The translations under genes were made by a program, and so were the position numbers. Shown here piece after piece: positions 13,408 to 28,411 of a stretch of 64,000 nucleotides of DNA. The stretch is from Calcarisporiella thermophila CBS 279.70. Taxonomy: Eukaryota; Fungi; Calcarisporiellomycota. The first letter of the stretch is position 1. Each line of letters starts with the position of its first letter. Where the stretch lies: the NCBI RefSeq assembly GCF_041956535.1, contig NW_027192192.1, forward strand, positions 183,051 through 247,050. Direction: 5' to 3'. The notes beneath the pieces are model-generated. The model worked only from the letters and a program-made list of their open reading frames with translations. It did no database searches and was not told where the DNA came from.

Positions 13408-16400
13408 GGAAGTTGAAGTCCTGCTCGGTGCGCGGGGACAGAATGGCCGTGCATTTCTTATTGTTGTGTGTATACCTTTCACTCCGGCAGTTTTTATTTA
13501 TACATATATACATGCTTTCTTCTCATGACTTGCCCATTGTATAGCAAAATATGTTATAGAATATAATTCACTTTACAGTAATAATTTCAGAGATAGCTCA
13601 AAAGTTTGAGGACATCTAATGATAGATGGTTTGATTTGGTATTTCTAGAAGATGGCTAGGACGATTTATTGAATACCGCCTACGGGTGCAATTGGAAAGA
13701 AAACAAAATGGACTTTGCTAAGATTCTCGATACAGTGCCAAAAAACATCTTTTTTGCGAAAAAGATATCAAAAGAGGGGAAATATATCTAGACTTCGGCT
13801 GCTGGCGGTATTCGACTAAGTAACAGATTTCCAGACAAACAATTCCGTGCAAATACGTCGCTCTGACGGGAAAAAGCATCGCCACAGCTTCACCCTGTTT
13901 TCTCTTTAATTGTGGCTCCTGTCAATGTGAATTTGCAATGACAGGGTCGACGTGAACTCCTTTCCACATACATGACATTTGTACGTGCCCGAATGCATGA
14001 CTTGATGACTTGATTGAATAAATGAAAATGGGTTGAGAGGATAGAAGAAAGTCTGGTGTTAGTGAGAGGAGAGGGGAAGAAAAAGAGAAACGATTCATGG
14101 CGAGATGGTTAAATACTTACGCGTAAATAGAGTTATCCCCAAGAAAGTTTATTAAAGGAGAAAGGATCCGGTTTCATGCCAGTGAATTCAAGGATGTAGG
14201 TATGACTGATATCGTTGTAAGAGTGGCAATACTTTACATACTTCAGGGAGAAAACAATTAACCGGCGAGCTCATCTCGGACGATTGAGTAATGGAACCCT
14301 TGCAGCATCCTTCTCAGCTTGGTTGAGTGGTAGAAAGAGTGAGGATGGCATGCGCTTGCATTTCCAAACAACGCGTACAACCACCATATCCAGATAGATT
14401 TCTTTCCAAATACTTATTGGCCCCGTGGCGCCCTAAAGCTGAGAGGTGCCGCGTTTCTCTGAAGGTTTAGTATTAAGTTTCAATAGACAAATCAATCCTC
14501 TCTGGCTTTGGCTTTGATCAGACGGAGGTTCGCCACGAGTCCATCTCCCTACTAGTAGTCCTTGGGCGACTGAGACACAGATGACAGGTTACTCGCCTTG
14601 CTACAATGATAAGATTTTATCCACCGTGGAATTCTATCGTTCCATTCTTAGTATCTACGGCGAAATTGAGTTTTGTGGACCAACTAGTGCATGCTGGGGG
14701 AAAAGCAGCGATGAACTGCTTTACACTAGCTGCTTTATACAAGCGCTCGGCTTGTTTGGCGGAAAAGAGATATTTTGACTTTCGGTTTTTCCATATTGAA
14801 GGCGCCGTTTGTGCTGAGTAACGCGAAAATATAGGTAGTATATAGGATGTGATTTTCTGAAGACTTGGAGATAGAGTTTTTACTGACTCGTATATCGCGT
14901 CCCAAGGTTTATAAAATTTGATCACATACCTATCCTAACATATTGCCAGAGAGTAGCTTACCTTAGGAAACACTCTAGGATTCACTTTGGAAACGGATCC
15001 ATTCCTTATCACCTATTGTCAATGACATCCCGACCCTGATAGTTTAATTGTTGAACGAACATGGCGACCGGTTCCAACAAAGACAGATGTCCTCGAGGAG
15101 AGAAAAAGGTAAAACAAGGAAGGGAATAGCGTACATTGCCCCGGGTTATTTGTGCTCTAAAAAAATCCAGTGTTTATGAAGGACGAATCATTGTGGTAGG
15201 AAGGTGTTCCACTTTATACATATCACAAAATATTGACAAAGCCTGGGCTGATGTTGACGTTCGATCAGAGGTACGGAGGGTCGCCATTAGTGGCCGGCCT
15301 TTTCATCATTAGAGAAATAGGCTTGGAAAACTTGAGTTTAATTTACTTCTTTCTCATCGCGAGGAGGCTTTCTATCATTATGCAGTGGTCGCTGGAATAT
15401 TAATCCACGAGAGGCGATCCTCATCGAACTGCGCTCAACCGAAAACAAACTTTAAACGTTCATTATTTATGGGCAACGCTTGGTGCATTCTCTCCATCTT
15501 TTTTTTTTCTTCTCTTCCTCCCCCCAGCCTTTGCTTTTCTGTTTATTCTCCCCTAACCGATAGCAGGTTCTCTTTACAATCATGTGGAGGTGCGAATATT
15601 GTGGTGCTACCTTCTCCCGCTCCGGGGAACTTCAGCAGCACCTCGCGAGAGTCCATCTTATTCATAACCGCGAAGATGTCTGTAACCCAGTCCCATCAAG
15701 ATAAAACAAACTACTCTCTCCTCACTGCTTTCTAGGAAAAGACAGATATCGAATAAATTAGGCTATTAGCCCAATTTCTTATCTATTGATCTGACTTCTT
15801 ACTCTGTTTCCAGTCGGATGGTTCATTATCCATTTTTTTTCTCCCATTCTCACTTTACTTGACACACATGGTATGGATTGAATTTTTCTTCTGTTATCTC
15901 TCCCCCTTCTCTTTCATATGTATTATCCTCTAAGCAGATGAGAAAATTTATGCGCAATTTTATACTTCTTTATTTTCGTCATGAGGCAACATCGAAATGC
16001 TTTGTTTAAGGCCATGCAAAATGCTTGTTGTTTTCATTAATCGTCATCCCTCTAACCTAATATGAGATTTTATTTTTTTCGGAGTTATCCAAGGGGTTTT
16101 GTGAGGTATCCCTATCTAAGCTACATGATCTTTGGATTCTCGATAAAATGCAGAAGGATTTATCTGAGGTTTGGCCAACTGTATATTCAAGAAATGTTAC
16201 CTTTTTTGAAAAAAACATCCCAATACTCTTCCTGAATAACTAGCCCAATCTAAACAGTATCATTCGCAGAATACTCCTTCCATCATTTAGCCAAATCTCT
16301 TAATCCAGTGTCCAAACCATGCCGATGGCTATTTTTTACTCTCACCTATTCCAATAACAAAATAGCTCGCCCCCGCTACTAAGTCTATTACCGCTATTTG

Positions 16401-17273
16401 GCCTTCTTAAATTTGCAAAGTTTTCATACAGAGCCAAAAGGGAGCTATTTGTGGCCCGAAAGGGTCTGGAACTGGAGTTCTACTGGTAATTAGATCCCCG
16501 TTATAATTAAATTTTAAACTCGCCCGACCTATATGAAATGGGGATGAAAAATGAAAAACACTAAATAGAGCCAACCTACTAGCACCCTGACCTAGCCCAA
16601 TAGAATCGCTCATCTTTGTGTCTTTTTAGGTTGGCCAGTTAGAGGAGAGATGGCGAGGCGTTCATATGCGTATCTTCGCTGCTTGTGACCATCAATAAAT
16701 AGGGTGTGTTGCGCTTTCGATGCATGAGTCGACGATTGTTTTTCTCCGCCTTGCAGTCCTGCTAATTCCATTTAACGTCATTTCTTGAGAGCCCCTGCAT
16801 AGTTGGTTTAATGCCAGCAGACCCCAAGGTTCGCTTTTCTCTTGTCTATTCTCTAAAAAAAAAGTCCTTGGCTTCTTTTACCGGCATTTCAATTCATAGT
16901 TGCCAATTTGGGAGTCTTCATTTGGCCTGGATCCCTCCAGGATTCGAATTTCCTAATGAGCCCCATTAAACTCTCCTTTTAAATTGAAACCGACTTGGTC
17001 GGTGCAAAGGAGATCCTCGCTCAATGATTTCCTTCCTTACCTCTTCTCTAGAACAACACTATTTTTATCATCATTCAGCGCTATCAAGAACATACAGAAG
17101 CAATATACAGACAAATGATAAAAATAAACGCAGTGCTTGAGATGAATATCTTCCATACTCTGATAAAATATAATAAATTAAAAACAAAATAAGAACATAT
17201 TGTGGAGGGAAGGGGAGGAAAGAGAAATAAACACAGCGTAAGAAGAAAGCATCAACAGGGGGATGAATGGGGG

Positions 17274-17994
17274 TTAGCCTAATAGTAGTGTCGACAAGGT
17301 TGCCAGGCTCCAGCCTATCCAGCGGGGGATATCGGGCCTAGCGGTCGCACTCAAGATCTCCTTCATTCGGGCCGCCTTCATCCGCCTATCCAGCCATTCC
17401 TCCTCCGTGGGCGGCTTCTCCACCAACAGGGTTGAATTACTGTCTATCATTATGGTGCACACCCGCACCGGCGGTCCAGAGCAAGGATAGGTCTCGTTGC
17501 CAAGCGCCCGGACGGTATAGTTTCCAGGCTCTAGGTGTTCGGGTAGGCGGAACGTCCCATTGCCCGCCCGAGTTTCATTCCAGTCGGAGCGGGTTGCGTT
17601 GGCCAGGTTGTCCGCAATCACGCGCCCATTCTTATCGATGATTTGAATCTTGATCGAGTGGAGCATGGCCATGTCTTGGTATCGAACTAGAATGGTGAAA
17701 ACTCATCAGTGTAACATAAACACACCAACCCATTACAATGGACTTTACCAGTGTAGTTGAAGGGGATAATGCCGCCAGCGGTTGCCATGGCCGCCTTCTC
17801 AGTAGGTATCTCGAAGAGAATAGCGTCTAGAATAGAAACAGAAACGAACAATTGGATCAATAACACAGCCAGTCAATGGGCTGTTTTTTCTGGTTGAATC
17901 TCTCCCACAAACGCCAAATGAACCTACCTCCCCGCACGACTGGTGAAAACACCAAACTTCCCACAATAAAACTAGTTAGCTTTCGGAACTTCAT
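17274..17994 (-). CDS. Small secreted, probably GPI-anchored or membrane-tethered protein, 3 exons
   Basis: Spliced reconstruction MKFRKLTSFIVGSLVFSPVVRG|DAILFEIPTEKAAMATAGGIIPFNYT|VRYQDMAMLH...; signal-peptide-like start, Ig-like LPEHLEPGNYTVR, hydrophobic C-terminus. Confidence 0.65.
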
Positions 17995-18652
17995 GTTTTT
18001 TTCAACAACAAAAATCGTGTAGTATAGAGGCTAGATATAGGTAGTATAGATAGAGATGGGTGGAATAGATAGGTGGGTAGAAGTTGGCAAAGAGGGTGAG
18101 CCTGACAGGGCTGGGAGGGCTGGGAGGGCACTTGCAGTGAAAAGATTGATGTGAAAAGAGAAATAGAAGATGAGGAAAAATAAAAGACAAAGAAGAAGAA
18201 CCGTTCGATCTAACGATTGATTTTTATTTTCGAGGAACCGGTAGACTTTCAAATCTAACGTCAAGTTACAAAAAATTCAAATATGGCAGGTGAAATTGAG
18301 AAATGGATTGGCCCGTTGGGATTTCCACCTGTCGTGCACATTTCAAGAAAACCTATTTTTATTCACGTCGCTAACGTAATAGAAATGAAAAAAGCATGCA
18401 TGCTCAAATAAAAGAGGAAATAGGGGGGAAGAATAAAGAACAGAGAAAAGAATGCCAAGAAAAAAGAAGATTTTGGAATATGAAAAGGCAGAGGCCCTTT
18501 TGATTAAGTTGGCTTGTAAAAAATATATATATTCAAGACGTTTACCCATACAACATGAACCAGAACTAAGAAAGAAAAAAAAAGAAAAAAAAAGCGAGAG
18601 GAAGACGAAAAACTATCAGGCTGATAGGACGCTGGCTTTTCTTCGATTTTTT

Positions 18653-21600
18653 TTATGACGACACTTTTTCTAAGACCGCGCTAGGCTGCATTTCTTCTTG
18701 GGCGGCGCATAAGAATGTCAACTTGCGGAGACGAGCGAGATTTAGCCAAGAAGGGAGGTATTTTTCGGGGGTGCGAGCGATGCGCTGCTCTGGAATCTCA
18801 AACGGCATCGATGGTTCTTCCAGAGGAATTGTATCGAGTAGAAGTGCGTCGCTCTTATCCGATGAATTGACTCGGGTGGCCACCGCCTTTAGGATTTCCG
18901 AGCTGATTGGATTCTATCATTAGCCCAGAGATCAGTATCGTTGTTGCTTTTCGTCTGTTTTCCATTCTCCAAAAGACATGTAAATTCGCTTTTACCTCAT
19001 AGTCTGCCACATGATAATGGGAAATCAACTTTTGGATCTGCATCGGGGTGAGGATCCAGCAAACGTCGTAGATGATCTCGAGGTCTTGGAGGGTTGCTTT
19101 CTTGAGCTGCAACAGTTTTGTTGCTTGCATCAGATGCTCAAGTTGGACGGTGCCTTCATGCATCCCATGGCTCTTACACCACTCCTCAATACGTGTAATG
19201 TTGTATTGGATTTGCATGGCTGGAAGAGAAATATAAGGAAAAAAATGTATCAGTCCAAGGAAGTCCGCGTAGAGCAAGCTCCTCCGAAAACGAAAACACC
19301 AGCTGCTTGCGGCAGTGGGCGAACTTACCCCGCTTCCACGAGCAAAAGTTCTTGCGCATCAACAGATCGTTGAACCCGGCCACTCCAATCAATCGCAGAA
19401 GCTCGCCGAGCACCTGCTGAATGATCCCGGGTTCGAGGTAGTAGCATTTCATGGCCCTCCACAGTCGGTTCAAAAAGTTCAACAGATCATCCATCTTAAA
19501 GGTGGGTTGCGTCGAGCCGCCCGACAAAAGCTTGTTGAGGAAACGACCGCCCGAATCGTTTGTGATGAACCCGGGCAGCGACTGGTTCTCGATGACGGCC
19601 GGAATGACCATCTTGTTCAGCCGCTTCTTGAGCTCTTTGAGCCACGCGTGATAGATGTTGTCCTCCAGGCACTGCATCTCATACTTGACGGTGGAGATGA
19701 GCTTCTCGAAGTCGTGCCATCCGAACGCACGCATTCCCGACACGGCAGAAAGACTCGCCTGGTGCTGCAGCTCCTCCTCCGATGCACAGATAAGGGAGTA
19801 AAGCTCGTGCGTGTTGGAGAGCCAGTATGCGCAAGGGACCACCGCCTCGTCTCCCTGGTAGGTCTGGACAATATCACACGCAGAGGCATCAGCAAGGGAG
19901 TTAGCCGGACATGGTATAAGAAAAGCAAATAAACCACACATAGACCGCTTACCAGGCACTGCATCTGAATGGTGTCCATCACGTTGAAGAGTAGTTTCTC
20001 CGATTCCTGCAGGAACCCAAGGCGCCACATCTGGGTCACCGCCAGGCCAATAACATGGGCCGGGAACAACACCTCCTTTATTGAGGCGGGGCTTTGCACG
20101 CTCGGCATTGGGATCTTCAGGGTCCGAATCAGACCCTCCAGAATCTCGCCACGCAATGGCTCCTCCTCCTCGAGCAGGCGGATAATCTCGTCCTCTGGGT
20201 TGCCGTCCATGGGCTCGAGGGGGGAGCGTCGGCCCGCCGGGCGCAAGATCTTACTCATGTCCAAGTGGTCAAATGAGGTCGACACGTGCTTCGGATTGAA
20301 CGCCGACTCCTTAATGACAAACTCCATGGAGGTGCGAGGCTTGCTGCCCTTGGAGATCTCGTACGGCTCGGCGGAGCTGTTACGACGCGGTCGTCGCGGA
20401 GCCGGGGGCAAGTTGCCGGTAGGGGACTTGCCACGCACCTGGGTCCCATTGGTGGTCACCCCGTAAGACGGGGTCTCCTTGAGCAAGAACCCATTCTCGT
20501 AGCGACTCTCCAAAATCGCCGCCGCATTGGCAACCGCCGACGACCGCAACTCGTCTGGGTAGAGTACGTTTGAGTTGGCTCGACGAGGCGGAGCATGGGA
20601 TTTGGTCGCAAGCTCGGCTTTGAGGTGAGCCAGCTCTTTTTGCAGAGCGGCAATCTTGGTCGCATTGTCGGCGCCGCGCTCTTGCTGCCTCTGGTGCATC
20701 TGCTGTTCCTGGGCTTTGCGGATCTTTTCGAGCTCGTCGCGGAGCTTTGAATGCTCGGAGTTGAGCTGTGCGATCTGCTCTTCCTGCGCACGGATGCGCC
20801 CAAGCGACTCCTGGTAACTTGTATGCAATTGCTCCTTTTCCGCGCGTAGGGTCTCCCATTCTCCCCGCGGCACCGTCTTCTTTTGCATCGTTTGTTCGAG
20901 CTCCTTGGTGCGGGCGTCGAGGCGTTCGCACTTCTCGGCCCAGGACTGCACCTGTGCTTCGAGAACCCCGGCGCGCTTCGCCAGCTCCAGCTTCTTCTCC
21001 CGCTCTACGGTGAGCAGCTGGGTCAGCTCGACCACCTTGTTCTCGAGGTGGTACTTGACCTCTTTGTAGTGGTTGACGGACCGCGCCTCCTGCTTCAACT
21101 GTTTGAGCTGCTTTCGTGCCTGGTATCGACGGATGCACGACTGGGCAAGCACGATCTGCTTTCGCGTGCGCTGGTAGTCTCTTCGGGACAGGTAGCCGCG
21201 GAAAACGCGCTGGATCTTGGAGGCAGCTCGTTGTCGGTTGAGGTGCATATATTGCAAGCGAGCCGCCCGACCTCGAGCCAAACTTTGAATCCGGATAATG
21301 GCCAGTTTGGTGCGAGTATAACGCTTGCGAGCCGCATATCCCCTCCAGACCTTTTGAATCTTGATCGCCGCACGTTCTTCCCGCATCGCTCTCGCCTTGC
21401 GCTGGGCAATGATCCGACGAGTAAGGCGTTGCAACCGTATTGTTGCCTCTCGCATCTTGGTATAATGCCGATGACATAGATATCTGCGCACGTTCTTTTG
21501 AATAACGGTGGCACACATGTGCAAGCGCTCGGAGCGATACCGCTCTAGGGCCGCGAGCTGCCCAGCCCGGAAAAAGAGCTTTGTGGCACCGACTTGATAT

Positions 21601-24505
21601 TTGTCGCGATCATGGATCATGGCGTCCAGGATGGTGGTGCACAATTGCCGGATATCGCGGGTCCAATGCTCCGAGTTGACGAGCATGTAGTAGCGGTCGG
21701 CAAACTCTTCAAAGGTCCACCGCGACGGGTAACCTGCACAACTAATGCGAATCGTTTCTAAAACGCCGCACGCGCGAAGCTGAGCTATCACCATTTGGGG
21801 TTCAAACACCCACGGTGCTTTTCCTTCGTTCGGTTTGATACACCGGATGTAATGCACGTTAGTCGAGTTGATCGTGTCCATGAGGTTGATGAGAGAGCCC
21901 TTAAAAATGGAGCCGAGGGTGGGCTTCTTGGCGATAACGCTCATGCGCTTGCTCGCTTGCTCCTAGAAAGCAAGTTGGAAATTAGTTGATTCCAACCGCA
22001 ATATTTTGAACCCCCCCCCCTCCCTCTCGCTAAAAACCCATTGCTTTCGCAACACTCACCTGAAGAGGTTGAGAGGCCATTCCCTTAATGAGCACCTCTT
22101 TCAGGAAGTCAAACTCGGTGCTTTGCAACAACGAGAGATGTTCCTCCGGCACCGTATCCCGATTTTTCTCGAGGAAACCGTCGGTATCATAAGTGACGTC
22201 GTGAGCATAATGGCTGACCGTAAATGCGTTGTTGGCAAAACGAGGCTTTTGAAAGTACTTCTTGTATTGTGGCGTGGAGAAATGCTGGATGAGTTTATTG
22301 CACCAGCCTTGATCGGAACCCGACGGCAGACGCGATTCCTTTGGTAGAAAGATGAGATCACACGTTAGAGCCCAAATGAATGGGTCCCTCCTTCCCAAGG
22401 TATAAACGATTGTTTCATTTCAATTACCTCATCTAGTAGTGAGAGTATGCCCAGCTTCCCCTCAATCATTTCAATACAAGGTTGATTGTCGCTAAATTCG
22501 ATAAAGGTCCAATCGATATTCTCGCGAATATACTCCTACCAAATGAAAGAAAAATGCAGGCAATACCCACAGTTAAACGTTTGAAACCGCCCAAACGCAA
22601 CTGCTCCTCTCCTCTCTCCTCCACCACCTTACCTCTTGTTCAAGTTTGAACACATGCTGGTTGAATTCCTGCTGCAGCTTCTCGTTTGCATAGTTGATGC
22701 AGAACTGCTCGAACGAGTTCTTCTTGAAGTGCTCAAACCCGTAAATATCGAGTACACCAATAAAGGTGTTGACGCGCGAGAGATCTTTGTGTGATAAACT
22801 CTCATTGATCACGCCCACTAGCCAATCGAATAGATTAGCGTAGATATATTTGGCAACGGAATCCCTGACCACGACCGCCTGCGCAGGCTGGAGATTGCTC
22901 ACGATCTTCTCCGATCGGGTGGTGATTTGTTTTCGCACGATCCACTTGCGGAACTCGGAAAGGTTGATGCCGAGAAGCTCAGTCGCGGTGGCAAGATGCG
23001 GATCATCCTCCGCCAGCATGGCGTCGTTGCGCCCCGTAATCTCAATGTTACCAATATGGAGCAGGGCGGCAAGCAGGCGAAAGATTTGCCACTGAAGCTG
23101 GACAGAGATGCCCACGGTGGAGAGCGCACGCTGAGTCGTCTCGAATTCGGCCGCATCGTCGACCCCGGAAATCGTTGCGACACCACCTTGCCGTAGATAG
23201 TGGAACTGATCATAGGTTTTGATTTTAAAGGTCTTTTTCTCAGACATGGGCGCACCAGCACAGAGCTGTTAAGAGGGGACAAGAAGTAGAGAAGTTAAGG
23301 AGTTATAATAAAGGGGGAAGGGATCTAGATCGAAGCATCTACCTGATAAAAAATATGATAGTTTCGTTCGGTGTCAGGCTGGTAAATCAATCTAGATCGC
23401 TCGAGCAGATAGGTTCTTATTTTCGCCCCAATGATATTAGCGCCGTCATCAAATTGAATCTAGCAGGTAAAGGAGCATTGATAAGTCGATGAGAAAGGGA
23501 TCAGGAATCCATCCGAGCGGGAAATACCTCGATGTATTTTCCGAATCGCGAACTGTTGTCGTTCCGTGTTGTTTTTGCGTTACCGAACGCCTCCATGATC
23601 GGATTGGTGGCAAGAATCTGCTCCTCCACTTCGGACATTCCGCTGACCACAACGGCATTCATCCCGTCCACGAGGCGGGTCGATTTCTTCATGGTCTTCT
23701 CGTGGTCATCTGCGGTGGCAAAGTAGCGCATAATGTATTTAGCGCTCACCGTTTTACCCGCCCCACTATTGTATTGAGGAAGAGCTATTTGTGAGTAGGC
23801 GAGCCTAGCCCAAAACGATAGGGCGTGCCTAACCTTTCTCCGGATACGACTATCGTCTGATTCTTTTGCTCGCGTAGCATACAACGGTAAGCGTCTTCTG
23901 CAATTGCAAAGAGATGGGGCTCAAGCTCTCCGCGTCTTCGTCCAGAGTATGCCTGTACAATCTCTGGCTCGTATAGATTGACACGCTGGAACGGATTGAC
24001 TGCGATGAGCACGATGCCCGAATATGTGTAGATGTTTCTTTGTGCGTAGCGTGTCTTGATGGCATTGAGAACTGTAGTGCAATGGAGGCAATTATTCATC
24101 AGATTCGAAAAAAATGGAGAGTCGTCTGGGATTACCAGCAGGTTCATTAAGATAGCTGAGATTAGTGAGGTCATCTGTGGTTTCCAGATGGGGGGGATTG
24201 CGCAAAGGAGGGAGTTCAGCAAACTGGGTTTTTTCCAAGTTAGCAAATGTCGACTCGATAGTGGTTTCCTGCAAGAAGCGCAGAATTGCAAGAGAGAGTC
24301 AGTAGAGCGTAGATATGAAGACAAGACGAAGGCTGAGATCATTTACTTTGCCCTTTTCATCGGTAAACACAAGCCGGACGCGATCTGATTGAACATCTTT
24401 TGCCGTCACCTGCGCGCTTACCCATCCTTCACGTTCGTCTACAAACCACACACGCGTGCCCTTGGTGTAGGCCTCCAGTGCCTGGGACACAACCGGCGGA
24501 GCCAT
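18653..24505 (-). CDS. MYO2: Class V myosin (motor, IQ repeats, coiled coil, DIL cargo-binding tail)
   Basis: [21 protein letters not shown]-loop split by an intron, [43 protein letters not shown], tandem IQ motifs, [15 protein letters not shown] and [14 protein letters not shown] (DIL). Confidence 0.97.
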
Positions 24506-27450
24506 TAAAAATTAACAAGTATATATATAAAGAGATAGATATGAAAGAGAATATATATATATAAGCAATGAGAAGAGTCTCTAACAGAGTTAAGATGAAA
24601 AAAAAAAAATAGAAGTATATTGAAAAAATGACAAATATGAACAAAATAAAAACTCCTCTGGTTTTTTTTCCATTCCGCTCCCTCCAGTGGCTGATGATCT
24701 CTCGTTTTGAATATCTCGGCAGCACAGGTTTTTTTATTAGGGATTTCACGCGAACCCTCCGCCCGATCCATTAGGCATCCGCAGCTCCTCCAGAACAATA
24801 AGACCTCAAAGTAGCGTGCCTTCTAGGGAGAACTCGCCGAGCATTAAAACGCTCCCATTGATGTGGGGAATGAAGTCGGTGTTCTACGCGGTGCACCCAA
24901 CACTCCCGGGGCACCGTTGTCGCAGGAATCCAAGCAGATTGCTTTTTATTCTTGCCGCTGTGGGTTGCAACGCGAGCGGAAAGAACCTTGGGTGGACCTC
25001 AGCTCGCCGCTGCATCCCAAAAACTGAGCCACCCGACCTCTCCAGGCGCAAAAGCGGCCCCTGAAAAGCTCAGGCAGCAAGTGTTCGAATTAGGCTCATG
25101 CATTGCCTGCGATGAGGTTCATGCGCGAGCTGGCAGGATTATTCACTCGCCCGCATTGCAGCCCTCCAATGGCGCCTCTCGTGACCAGTTAGTAATCCAA
25201 GCAGCCCAACCATCGCCGCATCGATTGGGCGGCGGCCTGGGGTGAGCGCGGGGGCAAAGACCACTTGCGAGGACCGCGTTTGGGTTAAATGGAAGCGCTC
25301 TTGAAAGCCAGCAGCAAATCCAGCTAACCGCGTCCCGGCTCCGATCTGGCTGGCGGTATGCGCCGCTCTCGCCAGCTTAGTCAAGGCCGCAGCAGCGAGG
25401 AAGAGAGCGTGTTCGGTGAGCTACCGAGAGTTAGGCTCGGGCGGCAGCAACATGCTTTCCCAAAGGCAAGCCGGCAGTTGATGACGCTGGAGCTTCGGGA
25501 CCGTGGGGATGCCGCGGAGAAGCCCGTCGGCCCCTCCAAGTCGCTTTTTTCGGGCAAGCCAGAAACCCATCTGCAACCTTGTCTACGGCGCCCACATACA
25601 GTGGCTCCAGAATGGAGGCGCGCATTGAATCATGTTGCTTAATCGGCTCATTACCCCACAGTTTTCAGCGCCAATCGCCGCATGCATGGTGATTTCCAAG
25701 CTTTTGGGGAGACCACCTCGGCAGGCTGGATCCCGTTGAGCTCAGAGGAAAGAGGGGCCGGCAAGGAGGAAAAGGTCTCAGAGCTCGACTGTTAATGAGC
25801 GCACAGAGCTGCTAATATTTGAAGGATTAAGGAGGAGCCCTCTTCAAGCCACCCCACTATCAACATTTATGTACATATCTCTGTGTGGATTCTATTGAGC
25901 ACTGATCCATATGGGATGACGTTGCATGGGTTAGGGTGTAACAATTTGTAGCGCTTTGAAACCGGGGTTTTCCGTTTTTGTGTTTAATGAAATCCCATTC
26001 AAAGTATAAAAGGAGAAGAGTTTTTTTTGGCTCAAAAGAACCCCATCCCTTCTGTTGTTGTATTAAAACCACCCATTTCCCCCTCTGCCTTCCCTCTCAT
26101 CACATTTCAATATGGAACCGACTCAGTGCACGACTCAACCCACTCATTCCAACAACGACCAAGCGTCGTGGTTGAAGCCGTTAGACCTCTCTGAAGACAC
26201 CATGCAATTAGCTGCAGACCTATACAAGATAGCCATCAATTTATATCTTGTTTTCGATGCATCCCTTACGCTGTTTGTTTAGCTATCTATTGTGAATGGC
26301 CAATGACCCTCTTGGATGCACCGTCCAATATCTCAATCATTCCAGTTATATTTCTCTATATAACACTCGATCCCATGGACAATGATCTTATTTTATTTTT
26401 GTAATCTCAATTATTTCATCATAATAAAGCCGCATGTTTATAGAACAGTTCCCCTCCTTTATGATGATGTGGTGCCCCGTAGCTCGATCATCATCTCTTT
26501 GAAGTGCTACCAAGGTCACAGCCCACCTCACTATTACATTTAAAATCACAAGGCGTATAATTGAATCCCTAAGCCTAACTTATGCACGTTTCAGGGGCTT
26601 ACATCGGCAATAAGTTTCAAAGGGTGCACGTACCTGAGGATAAAAAAAAAACACCAAGTCAATAGCTTAATTGACAGACTATTTTATCTCCTGAATCGTC
26701 CTTGGTAAAAAGATGGTCCATCTTGCCCTGAAAATGTGTCAATGCATGTCTCAGTTACCGCAAGTGGCATCTCAAACCACCTAAAACGCCCCAGAAACAT
26801 AAATTCAGTGCACCACCGCCAACTTATAGCACGGATGTATAACAAACATATAACCCATCCGCCAAATACAGTATAAATGCAAGTGCAATGGCAATAGGGG
26901 CCTTATATAGGAACACGGGTATCAATTGAAACAGTAGCGATATATAAACCTCCATGAATATATACCTTAAATGTGGCTGGGTGGTAGCAGCCCGTAAGAT
27001 GACATTATAACATGGCACTTATTCTTACTAAATCGGTCATCATTTATATAAGTGGGATGATTTTCATAAAATGTATCGATTGCCCGTATAACTCAGGGAG
27101 AGATGGAGCTGAAAAAATATATATGAAATGAGGTTGACCCAAAATGATTAGCGCCTAGAAAATAAGAAGTAGACAACGAAACTGCAGTATATTGAATAGC
27201 ATAAAACCTCAACCCAACTGAACAATTCGTTTACATAATAATAGAAGATGCAATGAATGCCACATTTGGGTGGCAAACAAAGTGTATGCAAAGCCTCAAT
27301 GTGATAGCCCCATCCACCGTTTATTTCAGACAGTATGTCAAAATTCTGAGCATAGACTCCAACAGGGATAATCGAGCAGATTGGTCAATATAAATCCATA
27401 TTTAAATACATTATACAAACTTCAATGGCCGCTAGAAGAAGAACCTCAAT

Positions 27451-28411
27451 TTAATTGTAATATCGCCAAAGCACGGCTGCTACAGTTATTAGAGTGGTGA
27501 ATATCATCACGCCCACGTTTCTCTGCTTTTCGACTCTGGAAGCGAACTCTTCTCTATCGTTGACTCGGGGGAAAGGCTCACTTGGTACCGGCACGCCTAG
27601 GAACTTACAGAGTGGCTCCCAGCCTTCCTTCACCTAGAGATCGAAAAAAATGACAGTTGGATAAGGGTTAAACTCACATGCCTCAAACTTAACACTTCGG
27701 CAAGATGAGATAGATGAAAATACGCACATTGAATACAAGAAGTCGTTCCGCGGGCACCACTCGCTTTACCTCTTCAATGTGTTGCTTATACACTGCTACC
27801 GCCTTCTCTTTATTTCGGGCTTGTCCATGGAAAGTACCGTCCATAATAAGCTTGTTGATCATCTTGAGGAAATTACGGCCGAATGTGAAAAAGGCGACTA
27901 TTTTGACTAAGGGTTCAAATGGATATTTGAAGATAGTGCTCATGGCACTCTCGTGCCTTTCGTGATCGCCATTCGAGGTCAAAAGGGAAAGAATAGAGCA
28001 ATATTAAGTGAATCCTTAGCTGAATCTCATCATGGAATCTTTTTCACCCTACCATTTTTCCGGACTATCGCGTACCGTCAACACGACTTTCGCATCCGGA
28101 TATTTGGCCATCAACTCCTTGTAAAATGAAGTAGTAGGCCAATCTACGCACGAGTTAAAGTCTTTGAATATTTCGTCCCAGTCCACCTTTTTGCCATCGA
28201 AAGCATCAATAAACTTCTGCATGTGCTCTGGTCTAACACGCTTCATGTGATAGCATGGCCCGAATCCTAGCATGTCAAGGGCAACCATCATGGAGAGAGT
28301 TCCTGTTCTCCCAAAACTAGTAACCGAGGTTAGTTTTCGAGAATTCTTTTTTCCGTACTCCAGTCGACCGTAGTATACTCACCCTGCCCCGATAACTTTC
28401 AGTGGTGCCAT
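27451..28411 (-). CDS. Sulfotransferase-family (P-loop, Sulfotransfer_4-like) protein, 4 exons
   Basis: MAPLKVIGAG|FGRTGTLSM...LGFGPCYHM, DWP, YPDAKVVLTVR, VPAERLLVFNV, EGWEPLCKFLG.PVP..PFPRVND; C-terminal TM. Confidence 0.9.

Noticed and set aside
14100-15070. Possible minus-strand gene or pseudogene (102-aa ORF 14617-14925 with nearby splice-like sites)
   Set aside because: Could not build a continuous spliced frame or recognise a family; it may be a decayed gene.
19315-21516. Long antisense and alternative-frame ORFs inside myosin V (for example 378 aa, 20380-21516)
   Set aside because: Explained by GC-rich codon usage of the large myosin exons depleting stops in other frames.
24800-25800. 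GC-rich block with several short ORFs upstream of myosin V
   Set aside because: No domain, splice model or RNA structure could be supported; probably promoter or regulatory sequence.
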